A DNA stretch of 38,367 bases from Catajapyx aquilonaris (lineage: Eukaryota). Position numbers and translations under genes: made by a program. This document shows, in pieces, positions 11,646-25,358 of this stretch. The stretch is taken from NCBI GenBank assembly GCA_000934665.2, contig JYFJ02003725.1:1-38367 (forward strand), read 5' to 3'. Within the stretch, counting starts at the first letter, position 1, and the number at the start of each line of letters is the position of its first letter. The notes beneath the pieces are model-generated. The model saw nothing but the letters and a program-made list of their open reading frames with translations. It was not told where the DNA came from and did not search any database.

Positions 11646-12326
11646 GGGGGTGCATTAGCAAAAAAATACGGTAACAATCGGTAACAATGCGAGCCCTTGG
11701 CGACTACGTAAACAAACTCGCGTTTGCATGGACAGCATATGGGGATTCGACATGTCCACGCTCCGGCGGCCTTACGGCCACAAAAATTGAGCAATGGACA
11801 CAAAAATTACACCAAAAAATAGGACATGATCAGGCGCAGGGCACCTTCGGCGTCATTTTCCCATTTTCGGCCTAGAAGTGACCTTTTCATCGAATTGAAG
11901 TGAAAGGAAAATGGAGTTCCCGAAAAGCCCATTTGAATCACATGGCGGCAGGAACGCGACAAATTCGGGAACGCTTCTGCGCCCGAAAAAAATATGAATC
12001 ATAAACTTCTCTCGTTCCCAAAAATCGTCAGCAGAGACATAGACAGTGGGCCTGTGGACCTACAAGCTCCTTTTTTGAATTTCGTCCTCCGACTCGACGC
12101 CCCTGTGGCAAATGCGTTTCCCATCCCAGATGCGGTGTTTGTGGGCCGATCCGGACCGGACCAAGACCGGAGGCAGCGCCGGTCATCCCTCCGGGGCAAC
12201 GCAAAAAACCGCATGTCCGTACCTCCCATAGGAGCGAGGATATGTCGAACGAAAACGATGAATCCGCACCCGTTCTTCTCCTCGCTTTGCCTGAAAAGTG
12301 GCGCGAACGCCAGGTACCCGGCCCTC
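11646..12326. mobile_element. TTAA-flanked insertion (possibly Kolobok-like; TIRs weak)
   Basis: Bounded by TTAA at 11642-11645 and 12327-12330; termini GGGGG.../...CCCTC. Removing it and its neighbour restores the SINE hairpin CCAAAGAGC-TTAA-GCTCTTTGG. Confidence 0.55.
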
Positions 12327-12330
12327 TTAA

Positions 12331-13211
12331 TACTAGGAAGAGTGGAAAAAACAGCTGGTAGCATAGCAACCGTGTCTCCAATCGACTGACCTGCCACCTG
12401 GCGATCGACAGCCAAACTCGATACTGTATTGTACAATACGGTAGATCGAGGCAGTGCCGGAAATATGGCAATAAAAGCCCCAGAGGTTGGAAATAAGTCA
12501 CAAGTACTAGTATACTCCCGTCAAATTGCCGACAAAACACGTTGCAGAAGACCTGTGAATAAGAAACCATCACGAAAAGCAAATATTATTTGCCAGAAGT
12601 TTATTGATTTCCACTACAATCCCACACTCTGCTCTATACAATACACACCAAGGTACACACTGATAATGATGCTGAACATGGTCACATGACAGGAAGATAT
12701 ACCCCCCGCTGCCATCTTATTGTCGTGGCGGGACGGGCTTGTTCTTCTTCCCGTGAACTCGAGAACCGTGGAGGGCCCTTTGGTAACGAAAAGAATGTGA
12801 TCCGAGACCCTGTGCGCGAACAGCAGTATAGTAGCACGCGGCACCCGAACGTCTACTATACGCCACACTATGCCGGCAAAGGAACTTGTTCAATTTCGAA
12901 ATTCGAACGTGATTTCTAAGCAACGAGGTGATTATTTGTATTGTTAGGTGCAGGGTGGCCAGCTGCGCAGAATATCAGTTTCGGGTCCAATATTAGTTCC
13001 TTAACCCCATACGACCTCATATTGGTCAGTTTTTAGATTTGTAACTCTTAATTATGTGCCTCTTGATATTAAATCAACACAGTGTATTGAAATTCATCTC
13101 GACAGCACTCGACGGTGGCGCCGCGTAGTGGCCGACAGCCAAACCCGTTGACCAAACAACTGGCCAAAAAGTGGCGACGCTTGGAAACCGTTTTTTCCAC
13201 TCTTCCTAGTA
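12331..13211. mobile_element. Non-autonomous DNA transposon, 22-bp perfect TIR, TTAA TSD
   Basis: TTAA|TACTAGGAAGAGTGGAAAAAAC ... GTTTTTTCCACTCTTCCTAGTA|TTAA. Confidence 0.85.
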
Positions 13212-13585
13212 TTAAGCTCTTTGGCTACGACATTGCACCTTGCACCCATGTTCCCTCCCCAAAAATTCCAATCCTTTCCCATTGTCCTTGTTTCCTTGCA
13301 CCGGAGAATGAAGCAGAAAATATATATACAAAAAACTGATGGTGGTATGACACCCTCCTATAGCTCCCGTAAGGGACATCACGGGGTAAAAATAAATAAA
13401 TAATAAATAAATAAATAAATTTCCTATGATAATCCCCTGCTGTTGGAATTGCACTGAATGAGGTAATTCCAACACTTGCTCATAAAAATTTATTCGAAAT
13501 TTGTCTTCTGCTACTGTATTTTTTTAAAAACATAAAAATATGTAACAAATTGAAAACAGAAGAGCTTCTCCCTCGTGATGTAATA

Positions 13586-13845
13586 ATGGATACCCCGTGA
13601 TAGGCCCCTTGGGCCTCTTAGGGGATCATCTTTTGAAAACCCGACTTTAATCATTTGCCTGAAAATGTGATGGATTTTGATAGTGGGAGGAAACGGGAGA
13701 ACCCCGAGAAAACCCACGCGAACACGGAGAGAACCCATCGAAACTCTATCCACATAAGTATCCTCCGTCTGACCCGGGGATCGAACTCTGGACCTTAGAG
13801 GTGGAAGGCTGCGGCGCTATAACCACTCGGCCACCATGTCGCCCC
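13586..13845 (-). mobile_element. tRNA-derived SINE
   Basis: Minus strand has TGGCCGAGTGG (A-box) and GAGTTCGATCCC (B-box). 19-bp TSD TCTCCCTCGTGATGTAATA at 13567-13585 and 13846-13864. Confidence 0.9.
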
Positions 13846-14208
13846 TCTCCCTCGTGATGTAATATTGTTATACTCCGTTTTAAGCAGTATTGTATGTACT
13901 TATAAGTTTATATGCCGTGTTTGAATTACTCCATTTTACCATATCAATTTTCATGTATACTGAACTTGATACTGATAAGATTACATATCAATATCATTAA
14001 TATTGAGTGTATAGATGCACAAAAGTCAATAACACTTCAAAACTGAAAATACAAAGTGGCGGGTATTTGCAGTATATTAATTTGTTGCACTTTTTAGACC
14101 ATATTTTGCACCATAGAAAAGGTGAAGATGATTGGTGGGTGGAACAGGAGGGAAGGCAATGAAAATAATGTAAAATTAAAATTGCTGTACTGCAATTTTA
14201 CATTCCAG

Positions 14209-15114
14209 GTTGTGCAAGTGGGAACTGATGAAGATGGAGGAGAAGAGAATGGGATCCAAGAGGAAAGGACCAGGGGAATATTTGATGGAAGAAGTTCATT
14301 TGAGTGTAGAATATGCCAGACAACATTTGGCACCCAGAAGGATTTGAACATTCACACGATAACTCATAGTGACAGAAATGGCTGCCAGATTTGTCAGAAA
14401 AAAATTACTCATCCAAGTAGGTTGAAAACTCACATGCGAATTCATACAGGAGAAAAACCATTGACTTGTGAGGTGTGCCAGAAAAAATTTAGGGATTCAT
14501 ATCATTTGAAAACTCACATGCGAATTCATACAGGAGACAAACCATTTACTTGTGAGGTCTGCCAGAAACAATTTACCCGTCCCAGTCATTTGAAAACTCA
14601 CATGCGAATTCATACAGGAGACAAACCATTTACTTGTGAGGTCTGCCAGAAACAATTTACCCGTCCCAGTCATTTGAAAACTCACATGCAAATTCATACT
14701 GGAGAAAAACCATTCGCTTGTGAGGTGTGCCAGAAAAAATTTGGTGATTCATATCATTTGAAAACTCACATGCAAATTCATACAGAAGTGAAACCATTCA
14801 CTTGTGAGGTATGCCAGAAAAACTGGAGTAATGCGAGTAGTTTGAAAAGGCACATGCAAACTCATACTGGGAGTAAACCATTTACTTGTGAGGTATGCCA
14901 GAAAAACTGGAGTAATGCGAGTAGTTTGAAAAGGCACACGCAAACTCATACTGGGAGTAAACCATTTACTTGTGAGGTATGCAACAGCAAATTTAAGTAT
15001 CAAGATTCTTTGAATACTCACATTCGAATTCATGCAGGAGTTACTTGCCATGTGTGCCAGAAGAAATTTCCTGATGCATTGAGGGTGATCATGCACATGA
15101 GAATTCATACATGA
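14209..15114 (+). CDS. ZF gene C, coding exon 2: 10 C2H2 fingers (spliced ~388 aa)
   Basis: Acceptor attccag|GTT in phase 0; ten CxxC..H..H units; open to TGA. Confidence 0.93.
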   Translation, partial: VVQVGTDEDGGEENGIQEERTRGIFDGRSSFECRICQTTFGTQKDLNIHTITHSDRNGCQICQKKITHPSRLKTHMRIHTGEKPLTCEVCQKKFRDSYHLKTHMRIHTGDKPFTCEVCQKQFTRPSHLKTHMRIHTGDKPFTCEVCQKQFTRPSHLKTHMQIHTGEKPFACEVCQKKFGDSYHLKTHMQIHTEVKPFTCEVCQKNWSNASSLKRHMQTHTGSKPFTCEVCQKNWSNASSLKRHTQTHTGSKPFTCEVCNSKFKYQDSLNTHIRIHAGVTCHVCQKKFPDALRVIMHMRIHT

Positions 15115-16575
15115 AAGGGATGCCATTTGCTTTAGAGCTGTGGCATTTAAAAAACTTTTATCCTATGATTGGAAAACTTACGCAGGAGAGAGGTCATTTA
15201 TTTGTGAAAATTTTTTATTATGCGAAGAATTAGAAAAGTCACACCAGATGGCCTGAAGTTCTATTCAGAAGAAGTTTAGCGATAACACCTGTCCCTCTAG
15301 CTATGAACATAAAAAATGGGATACTGAGATACTACACCCTTCTAAATTTGATGTAAACATGCAGACAAATCCATCCGACACACACACACACTCTTTTTTT
15401 CTAGTCCTTTTTTCATTCTTTAACTGTCATGGTAGCATGTAGGAATCGGATATCTGTGGTAAATATTTCATTTTGTTGTGTTGCTTCTTTCTATGAGAAT
15501 AAACTCCCTCCCCACATGTAATTGTGTGGGCAGTGAGGTAAAACAAACAAAATAAAATGAAACAAAATAAATTTAAGCGTCACATGCAAATTCATACAGG
15601 AAAGTGACATATTCTGGTTGGGAAATTTGACAATCAGCCTGGCAGACATTGAAGATGGAGATGACTCCTTAAGAGGTTCCAGAAATAATGGGGGTACAGT
15701 ATGTCATTTGCTTAAAATGCAATGTAATTTTGCCCATTCCATTTCATATGGAGTTGGGTAGTCTCTGTCTCCATCTCAGTTGGAATCCCCACTAGACTAA
15801 TCCACCCGAAGTCACAAAAAGGCCATCCATTTTCACCCGACATCTCCCCTCCCACTCACCCCTATACCCATGGAGCTGGCCATTACATTCAAGAAGGTCT
15901 ACGTTATACTCAAGTGTAAGTAAATGTCTGCATTACATACCTCGCCCTAGTTTGAAAATACTTCATGATGTGATATACATGTGGTATGTGATTATGCTCA
16001 GGTGTATGTTGGTAGCCCAAATAAAAGCACATTTTTAGCCAGTTCATCTTTGTGTGGACTTGACTCATGTGTATCCTAACCTTCGCTATAATCTAATAAC
16101 TTTATATTCCATGCAGGAGTATGCCGGTACGTATGTGTTAAGCATGACTTTTGTTCAAATGGACGATTTTTCCGGCAAGAAACTGCCAATATACAAGTTG
16201 GTTTTCTGTCAGGGTAATTATGAAATTCCAGTAAGCTAAGAATCATGCAGACAATTTGCATCAATTGCCTCACAAATATATGCCTTTCAAAAAAATACAG
16301 GCCTGTTTTTATTTATAATACCAACATCTTGAGATTACTTCCCCTAGTAACAACCAGCACAAGTGTGAAGAGAATAAAGCATGCCAAAAAATTGAACCTA
16401 AATACATTGGCTAAAAAAATGATACAAGGTGATGGCAGATTGGTCTTGGATACGAAAGTGATTACTTTTGTAGTTTTGTGGGGTGACTTTGTGACAACAT
16501 CCACCGAGGAGGACAGGGAGAGGAGATCCAGTGACCTCGTAGGGAAGTTATATGAGTGTGCGCTGCTGTGGTGAT

Positions 16576-16718
16576 CAGTGCTTCACCAGTAGCGGCGATT
16601 GTTGATTGGAAATTGATAGCGCCTAATCCCGTCCTTCCACTTTGGTGTGGCGATGGGAACGCACCCTCATTTGCATAAAAAAAGAAAAAAAAGAAAAAAA
16701 AAGATGGCCGCCTGAGCA
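16576..16718 (+). promoter_or_regulatory. Conserved upstream element of ZF unit D
   Basis: ATTTGCAT at 16669-16676; AAGATGGCCGCC at 16701-16712. Confidence 0.7.
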
Positions 16719-16823
16719 TGGCCGTCGGATTCTCTTCGACAGAGAGTGAGCTTGAAGGGAGTTGATTCTTCGGCTGGTCGGAGTGGCTATACATGACCTC
16801 CACTCATTGTGTTTTGCAGGGCC

Positions 16824-17102
16824 ATGTCGTTGATCCTGAGGATAAAGAAGGAAGGGGAAGTGAAGGAGGAGGAGGAAGTGAAGGAGGAGGACATCACAGT
16901 GGACGAGGAGAGTTGGAGGCTGAGGGTGAAGGAGGAGGAGGAAGCACCACCACCATGGCTGGACAATGACTCTACTGCGCTCATGGAAGACACTCTTCTC
17001 GAGATCAAGAAGGAGGAGGAAGAGGAGATGGTGGTGGACATGCTTGGGGAGGTTGAAGATGAAGACGACCCATTGGCAGTTGAATCTGGAAGGACGAGTG
17101 GG
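16824..17102 (+). CDS. ZF gene D, coding exon 1 (acidic module, 93 aa)
   Basis: ttttgcag|ggccATG; MSLILRIKKEGEVKEEEEVKEE...DDPLAVESGRTSG; donor gtacgt in phase 0. Confidence 0.85.
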
Positions 17103-17574
17103 GTACGTAATCTTACATGTAACATGTAACTAGACCTGTTGCAGCCGTACGAAGGGTGTGCAGGAGCCATTATTTTCATGAAATTACACAATGCGTGCTA
17201 TCCGACAAACAGTTGCATGACCTGATTCATCAAAGCTGTGGTTGTTATAAAGGGAGCATCGTGTCCACTTTAAAAAACGCGATAAATAAATTAGTGAAAT
17301 AATTTCCAGGAAGGGGGAAGAAACATGGCTTGCAGTAAGAATGTACGCAGTAGTGTACATTTGTAATTGCAGAGCACAGCATGACACAACAAAGACCAAC
17401 ATCCAGAAACCACAAAGAAGCTCATCTGCGCCTAACTCTTATGCACATTTCTTTCCATGCAAGCATACCTGACGGGTACAGAGATTTGCAGAACTAATTG
17501 TCATATATATTTTAATTAACAAAATCGCCTAGCTTACTGCACCCTCTCCACAGATAAATGAACGGAAGGAGTAG

Positions 17575-17826
17575 TGTTGATCGGGGGTGCAGAAGGTGGG
17601 AGGGTGAGTGGTGGCTGGGGGCAATGGCTGTGTCACAAACCTAAGGATGCAAGCATAGATTTTTTTGGATTTTTTGGAAGGGGAATGGGTATGCTGGGTC
17701 CTTGCGGATGCAGACCTATCTTCAGAGGATACGCACCTATCCTTCAGCCTGCGTGCTCCGTGTTTGAGACACAGTCAGTGCCCCCAGCCACTACTCACCC
17801 TCCCGCCTTCCACGCTCCAATCAACC
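17575..17826. mobile_element. Diverged fold-back element (MITE-like)
   Basis: GAAGGTGGGAGGGTGAGTGGTGGCTGGGGGCAATGGCTGTGTCACAAAC pairs with GTTTGAGACACAGTCAGTGCCCCCAGCCACTACTCACCCTCCCGCCTTC; ends are approximate. Confidence 0.7.
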
Positions 17827-17919
17827 CAACTCTATCCAAATGAACTACCTCTGCTGCAGTGACATGATGTAGTTAGTTTGATATTGTTTCTATTAGCACC
17901 AATACTCTGATGTAAAGTA

Positions 17920-17942
17920 TCTCTCTCTCTCTCTCTCTCTCT
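17920..17942. repeat. (CT)n microsatellite
   Basis: tctctctctctctctctctctct. Confidence 0.9.
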
Positions 17943-18107
17943 ACTGATTGCAAAATGTGAAAATGAGGCGAGCAGTAGCTGCACAAGAATTTTTCCATCC
18001 ATTGGGCATCGTCACACACGCAGCCAATGCCCACCTACTAGTTTATCATCAGCTAAGGAATAAGTGGATTTTTGTCTCCCTATTTTACTGTGCTCTTTGA
18101 GATAGGA

Positions 18108-18284
18108 TAGGGACGGAAGGAAGCAGCTGTGGCCTATTAATTACGGAAGCAACTCCGGAATTTTCCTGGAAGGACCGTGGGAAACCACAGAAAACCACGG
18201 TCAGAGTTGCCGGCCCCGGGATTCGAACCCAGGACCTCCCGATTACAGTCGGACGCCTTATCCACTATGCCAACCTGCTTCGGT
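18108..18284 (-). mobile_element. tRNA-derived SINE (5' part)
   Basis: Minus strand TGGCATAGTGG...GGTTCGAATCCC followed by a non-tRNA body (GTGGTTTTCTGTGGTTTCCC...GGCCACAGCTGCTTCCTTCC). Confidence 0.8.
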
Positions 18285-18532
18285 TATTATTATTATTTTT
18301 TTTGCTCTATAATGTAATAAGAGCAAAAACATTCCCTTGAGTGAAAAAAAGGGGAGTAAGACCTCCGTGGCAGAATGAAAGTACTGACACAAGGCAGGCG
18401 CACGTAAGACCTTCACCAATTGATTTAAGCTGTAATGTTTAATTATTCACATGTAAACGGAAATTGGTGAATTACAGAGGGTCTTTTCGATTGGATTCTT
18501 CATTTTCGAGAGAGAAAATTTTCAAGTCTGTG

Positions 18533-18756
18533 CTAAGCCACCCGGGGGAGTTCACAAAATGACGATTAGAGACATTGCACTTGCACTTTGCACATCCCCT
18601 CCCACCCACCCTTGGAGTACACTAATAAGATTCTATCTTAACTCGCTCCAGCTAAACCCCAATGGTGGTAATCCACCCCCCCTAAGGAGTACGTAACTCC
18701 CCCCGTGGGGTAATGCAAAAAAACAAAAACCAAAACAGAAAACAAACAAAAATTCA
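18533..18756 (+). mobile_element. 5'-truncated SINE with A-rich tail
   Basis: Shares its core with 2545-2617 (CCACCCGGGGGAGTTCAC...GACATTGCAC..TTGCACATCCCCTCC); flanked by AAGTCTGTG direct repeats. Confidence 0.75.
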
Positions 18757-19634
18757 AAGTCTGTGAGGATGGGTTCAGTTTTTTCCCCTTTTGTTCCTTT
18801 TCAAAATGAAACCCTGCCTTCTGCCTTCGTTTGCAGTAGAAATTTTTACCAGTCAACCCATTCAGCAATCCATATCTGCAACCTTTGCTGCCTCACGTGG
18901 CCTCTGTTATGGAAAGGAAATTAATTTCTGCAAATCTTAATTATATATCAGTTATGACCAAATATTCTATCAATTGAAGGCTGTACTCCATTTATGGCGT
19001 GACAACCCTCAGAAGTAATTTGTTGCATACTGTTATTCTTTCTTATTCCTAGGAAAACTTTCGATATAAAATGTACATTCTGGTAGCAAAAGTTACACAG
19101 TTGATTATTTTATCCATTCTCATTACTTATTTGGTGGTTTGTATGCAACATTAACTTGACTGCGGACATCCACAAAGTCCAATGGGAAAAGGTATTGCCC
19201 GAGTGCTTGATCTTATAAACAAGAGAAGTGCAGGTTTCTGTCCGGTAACGGATGTTACAGATTTATACACCTGCACGTGTTCTAAAAGGTCTGCTGATCT
19301 GAATAACTAACTTTTAGCTCTGCTTTCAACTACTTGATTCACGTCAAACCTTACACATCCACATGATGCAATATATTGTGACTGAAATGTAACCAAAAAA
19401 ATCTACTCCAGAAAAAGTGGAAAAGTGGAAGTAAAATTTAGAATGACCCGTACACTGTTTATTTCTAAATTTTTCTTAAGACATTATAATAATAGGTTTA
19501 AATTGAGAAGTTGAAAAAAATGCACTATTGACCTATATGTGAGACAATCTCTTGAGCCTTTATAACGTTCAAGACATGCCTTCCACCCCACAAAATAGAA
19601 ATTGATACGTAATGACTGTAATTACACATTCCAG

Positions 19635-20852
19635 GTTGTGCAAGCGAGAACTGAAGATGGAGCAGAAGATAAAGAGATACAAGAGGAAAGGAGCAGGGTA
19701 TTATATGATGGAAGAAGTCATTTTGAGTGTAAAATATGCCAGAAAGAATTTCATGATTCACATAATTTAAAAACTCACATGCGATTTCACACAGGAGACA
19801 AACAATTTATTTGTCATGTATGCCAGAAAACATTTTGTGATGAAAGGCAGTTCAACAATCACAGGCGAATGCATACACGACGAGAGAGATCATTTCCTTG
19901 TGAGGTGTGCCAGAAAAAATATCGTGACTCACACAGTTTGAAAACTCACATGTTAATTCATACAGGAGAAAAACCATTTCCGTGTGAGGTCTGCCAGAAA
20001 AGATTTTGTGATTCATCTACGTTGAAAAAGCACATGCGAATTCATACAGGAGAAAAACCATTTACTTGTGAGGTGTGCCAGGAAAAATTTCGTGATTCAT
20101 ATGGTTTGAAATGTCACACGCGAATTCATACAGGAGAAAAACCATTTACTTGTGAGGTGTGCCAGAAAACTTTTCATGATTCAAGTAATTTGAGAAGTCA
20201 CAAACGAATTCACACAGGAGAAAAACCATTCACTTGTGAAGTCTGCCAGAAAAAATTCAGCTCTTCACCTCCATTGAAAACTCACATGTTAATTCATACA
20301 GGAGATAAACCATTTACTTGTGAGGTGTGCCAGAAATGTTTTTGCCGATCAGCAAAGTTGAAAACTCACATGCAAATTCATACAGGAGAAAAACCATTCA
20401 CTTGTGAGGTCTGCCAGAAAAAATTCAGTGAATCAAATAATTTGAAAACTCACATGCGAATTCATACAGGAGATAAACCATTTACTTGTGAGGTGTGCCA
20501 GAAATGTTTTTGCCGATCATCAAAGTTGAAAACTCACATGCAAATTCATACAGGAGAAAAACCATTCACTTGTGAGGTGTGCCAGGAAAAATTTCGTGAT
20601 TCAACCAGGTTGAAAAATCATATGCGAATTCATACAGGAGAAAGCCCATTTACTTGTGAGGTGTGCCAGAAAAAGTTTCGAGAGTCATATTGTTTAAAAA
20701 AACACATGCGAATTCATACAGGAGAAAAACCATGTACTTGTGAGGTGTGCCAGAAAAAGTTTCGTGATTCATATGGTTTGAAAACTCACATGCGAATTCA
20801 TACAAGAGAGAAGCCATTTTCTTTGAGCTGTGGCCTTAAAAAAAGTTTGTAA
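19635..20852 (+). CDS. ZF gene D, coding exon 2: 13 C2H2 fingers (spliced ~498 aa)
   Basis: Acceptor attccag|GTT in phase 0; thirteen fingers with HTGEKPF linkers. Confidence 0.93.
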   Translation, partial: VVQARTEDGAEDKEIQEERSRVLYDGRSHFECKICQKEFHDSHNLKTHMRFHTGDKQFICHVCQKTFCDERQFNNHRRMHTRRERSFPCEVCQKKYRDSHSLKTHMLIHTGEKPFPCEVCQKRFCDSSTLKKHMRIHTGEKPFTCEVCQEKFRDSYGLKCHTRIHTGEKPFTCEVCQKTFHDSSNLRSHKRIHTGEKPFTCEVCQKKFSSSPPLKTHMLIHTGDKPFTCEVCQKCFCRSAKLKTHMQIHTGEKPFTCEVCQKKFSESNNLKTHMRIHTGDKPFTCEVCQKCFCRSSKLKTHMQIHTGEKPFTCEVCQEKFRDSTRLKNHMRIHTGESPFTCEVCQKKFRESYCLKKHMRIHTGEKPCTCEVCQKKFRDSYGLKTHMRIHTREKPFSLSCGLKKSL

Positions 20853-21807
20853 TTCCATGATTGGAAAACTCATGTGAATTCATACAGGATTTATCTGTGA
20901 AATATTTGTCTGCTATTTAGAAAAGGGAGACCCGCGCTTAGCCTACTGTCCACGCTTGCATGTGTGTCCAATCTGGCAATGGCTTGGGTAGCACGTGGGA
21001 TTGGCCATTTGTCTTGGTATTGCTGTGTTGGTTTTGGACAATGTTTTGGATCACCCCAACAGTAGGACAGGTGGAAATGAAAGAGAGCACTTCAAAATGG
21101 AAGACCACATCTTTTTCTAAAACGCAAAAAAAAATCCTAGGCAACATGATAGTGACCCAATGAAACAGGAAATGAAGGAGAGAGTGCCGTGGCTTGCCCC
21201 ACTGCTGGTGGCGACACAGCTTTCTCGTTTTCCCCCACCCAAGTAGTCATTTGAATGTCACTTGAAGAGGAGCTGTAAATACCGCCTCCAGGAAACATGT
21301 CGAAGACCCAGTGTATCGGCGGAAACATGAACTACTTTTGCAGTCAGCGGCTGCACCAGAGTCGCTTACATTGTTTCCCAACAAATGGCTGTCAGGACGT
21401 TATTTTACGGTATGATTTTTGCCCTGGTGTTCCAGCACTTACCCCTGGTTTCCACTTACCCGAGTTTACTTTAATGCAACTGTACTTGCGACTATCTGGT
21501 TGCAGATTATTATCCGTCTGTATGGACAATGGTAAATAAAGGCCCATATATACTTCACAATAACGTCAAGCACTTGCTGGATTATATTCCTTCATCTGGA
21601 TGGGACAGGGAGACGACGAGGAGGAAGAAGGGTGAGTGAGGGTTGCAGAGCTCATTGGAACACCCACTGGGCCACAGGGAGAACTGCTTCTGGAAGCTCT
21701 GTCCCCAAAAGTGTTCGCTCTTCGCTTGCCGGTTATCTGCCACGATTGGGGATTCTTACACTTGGCATGACTCTGCATGGCACCTCCACCCTCGTGTTTG
21801 CAGGACC

Positions 21808-24032
<2,225 letters not shown>

Positions 24033-24584
24033 TGATGTACAGTACCCTGCCGGTGTAGCATGAGAGCGCCTTTTTCAGTGCAACCCGCAAGGCTAAAAAC
24101 CCGTTCAACCCAATGCAATTGCCTTGCATTTGCCACTCCGCGGGGTCATTTCGAATACAGAAAGGACGTGACGTCACGCCGTTCGGCCGTAATAAATAAA
24201 TTTATTACTGACGTATTTCTAATAATTGTTTTATAAAACCTACCTGGCGGGTTGTCGCCACCTACCATTTTTCCCCACCCCCACCCGTGACTCTGATACA
24301 CCCTGTATTTGGTGTTGGAATTACTCCATTTTACCATATCAATTGTATTAAATACTGAACTTGATACTGATAAGTTTACATAGCTTCAATATTCAGTGTC
24401 ATAGATCACAATTGTCAGGGACACTTCATAACTGAAAATACAAAGTGGTGGGTATTTGCAGTATATTTGTTGCACTATTTAAGCGCCATAGAAAAGGTGA
24501 AGATGATTGGTGGGTGGAACAGGAGGGAGGGCAATGAAAATAATGTAAAATTAAAATTGCTGTACTGCAATTTTTACATTTCAG

Positions 24585-25358
24585 GTCATGCAAGTGGGAA
24601 CTGAAGATGGAGGAGAAGAGAATGGGATCCAGGAGGAAAGGAGCAGGGGAATATTTGATGGAAGAAGTTCATTTGAGTGTAGAATAATATGCCAGACAAC
24701 ATTTGGCACCCAGAAGGATTTGAATATTCACATGATAACTCATAGTGACAGAAATGGCTGCCAGATTTGTCAGAAAAAATTCCCTCATCCAAGTAAGTTG
24801 AAAACTCACATGCGAATTCATACAGGAGAAAAACCATTGACTTGTGAGGTGTGCCAGAAAAAATTTATTCAGACAGGTCACTTGAAAATTCACATGCAAA
24901 TTCATACAGGAGAAAAACCATTCACTTGTGAGGTGTGCGAGAAAAAATTTAGTGATTCATGTCATTTGAAATCTCACATGCGAATTCATACAGGAGAGAG
25001 GCCATATAGCTGTGAGGTGTGCCAGAAAAAATGTCGTGATTCATATAGCTTGAAAACTCACATGCGTATTCATACAGAAGTGAAACCATTCACTTGTGAG
25101 GTATGCCAGAAAAACTGGCGTAATATGAGTAGTTTGAAAAGGCACATGCAGATTCATACTGGGAGTAAACCGTTCACTTGTGAGGTATGCCAGAAAAACT
25201 TGAGTAATGCGACTAGTTTGAAAAGGCACATGCAGATTCATACTGGGAGTAAACCATTTACTTGTGAGGTGTGCAACAGCAAATTTAAGTATCAAGGTAC
25301 TTTGAATACTCACATTCGAATTCATGCAGGAGTTACTTGCGAGGTGTCCCAGAATTAA
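24585..25358 (+). CDS. Orphan ZF exon F (paralog of gene C exon 2): 8 complete fingers, 9th truncated
   Basis: Acceptor tttcag|GTC ATG CAA in phase 0. Premature TAA where gene C has AAA. No acidic exon between 24005 and 24585. Confidence 0.75.
   Translation, partial: VMQVGTEDGGEENGIQEERSRGIFDGRSSFECRIICQTTFGTQKDLNIHMITHSDRNGCQICQKKFPHPSKLKTHMRIHTGEKPLTCEVCQKKFIQTGHLKIHMQIHTGEKPFTCEVCEKKFSDSCHLKSHMRIHTGERPYSCEVCQKKCRDSYSLKTHMRIHTEVKPFTCEVCQKNWRNMSSLKRHMQIHTGSKPFTCEVCQKNLSNATSLKRHMQIHTGSKPFTCEVCNSKFKYQGTLNTHIRIHAGVTCEVSQN

Larger units (their letters stand above)
11456..13418 (+). mobile_element. tRNA-derived SINE interrupted by two TTAA-flanked insertions
   Basis: A-box TGGCCGAGATGG, B-box GGTTCGATCCC; the body resumes after 13215 and ends in an (AAAT)n tail. 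13-bp TSD ATTTCCTATGATA at 11443-11455 and 13419-13431. Confidence 0.85.

Noticed and set aside
11994..12923. Several overlapping 70-185 aa ORFs on both strands
   Set aside because: They cross TE boundaries in GC-rich non-autonomous elements; no recognisable domain.
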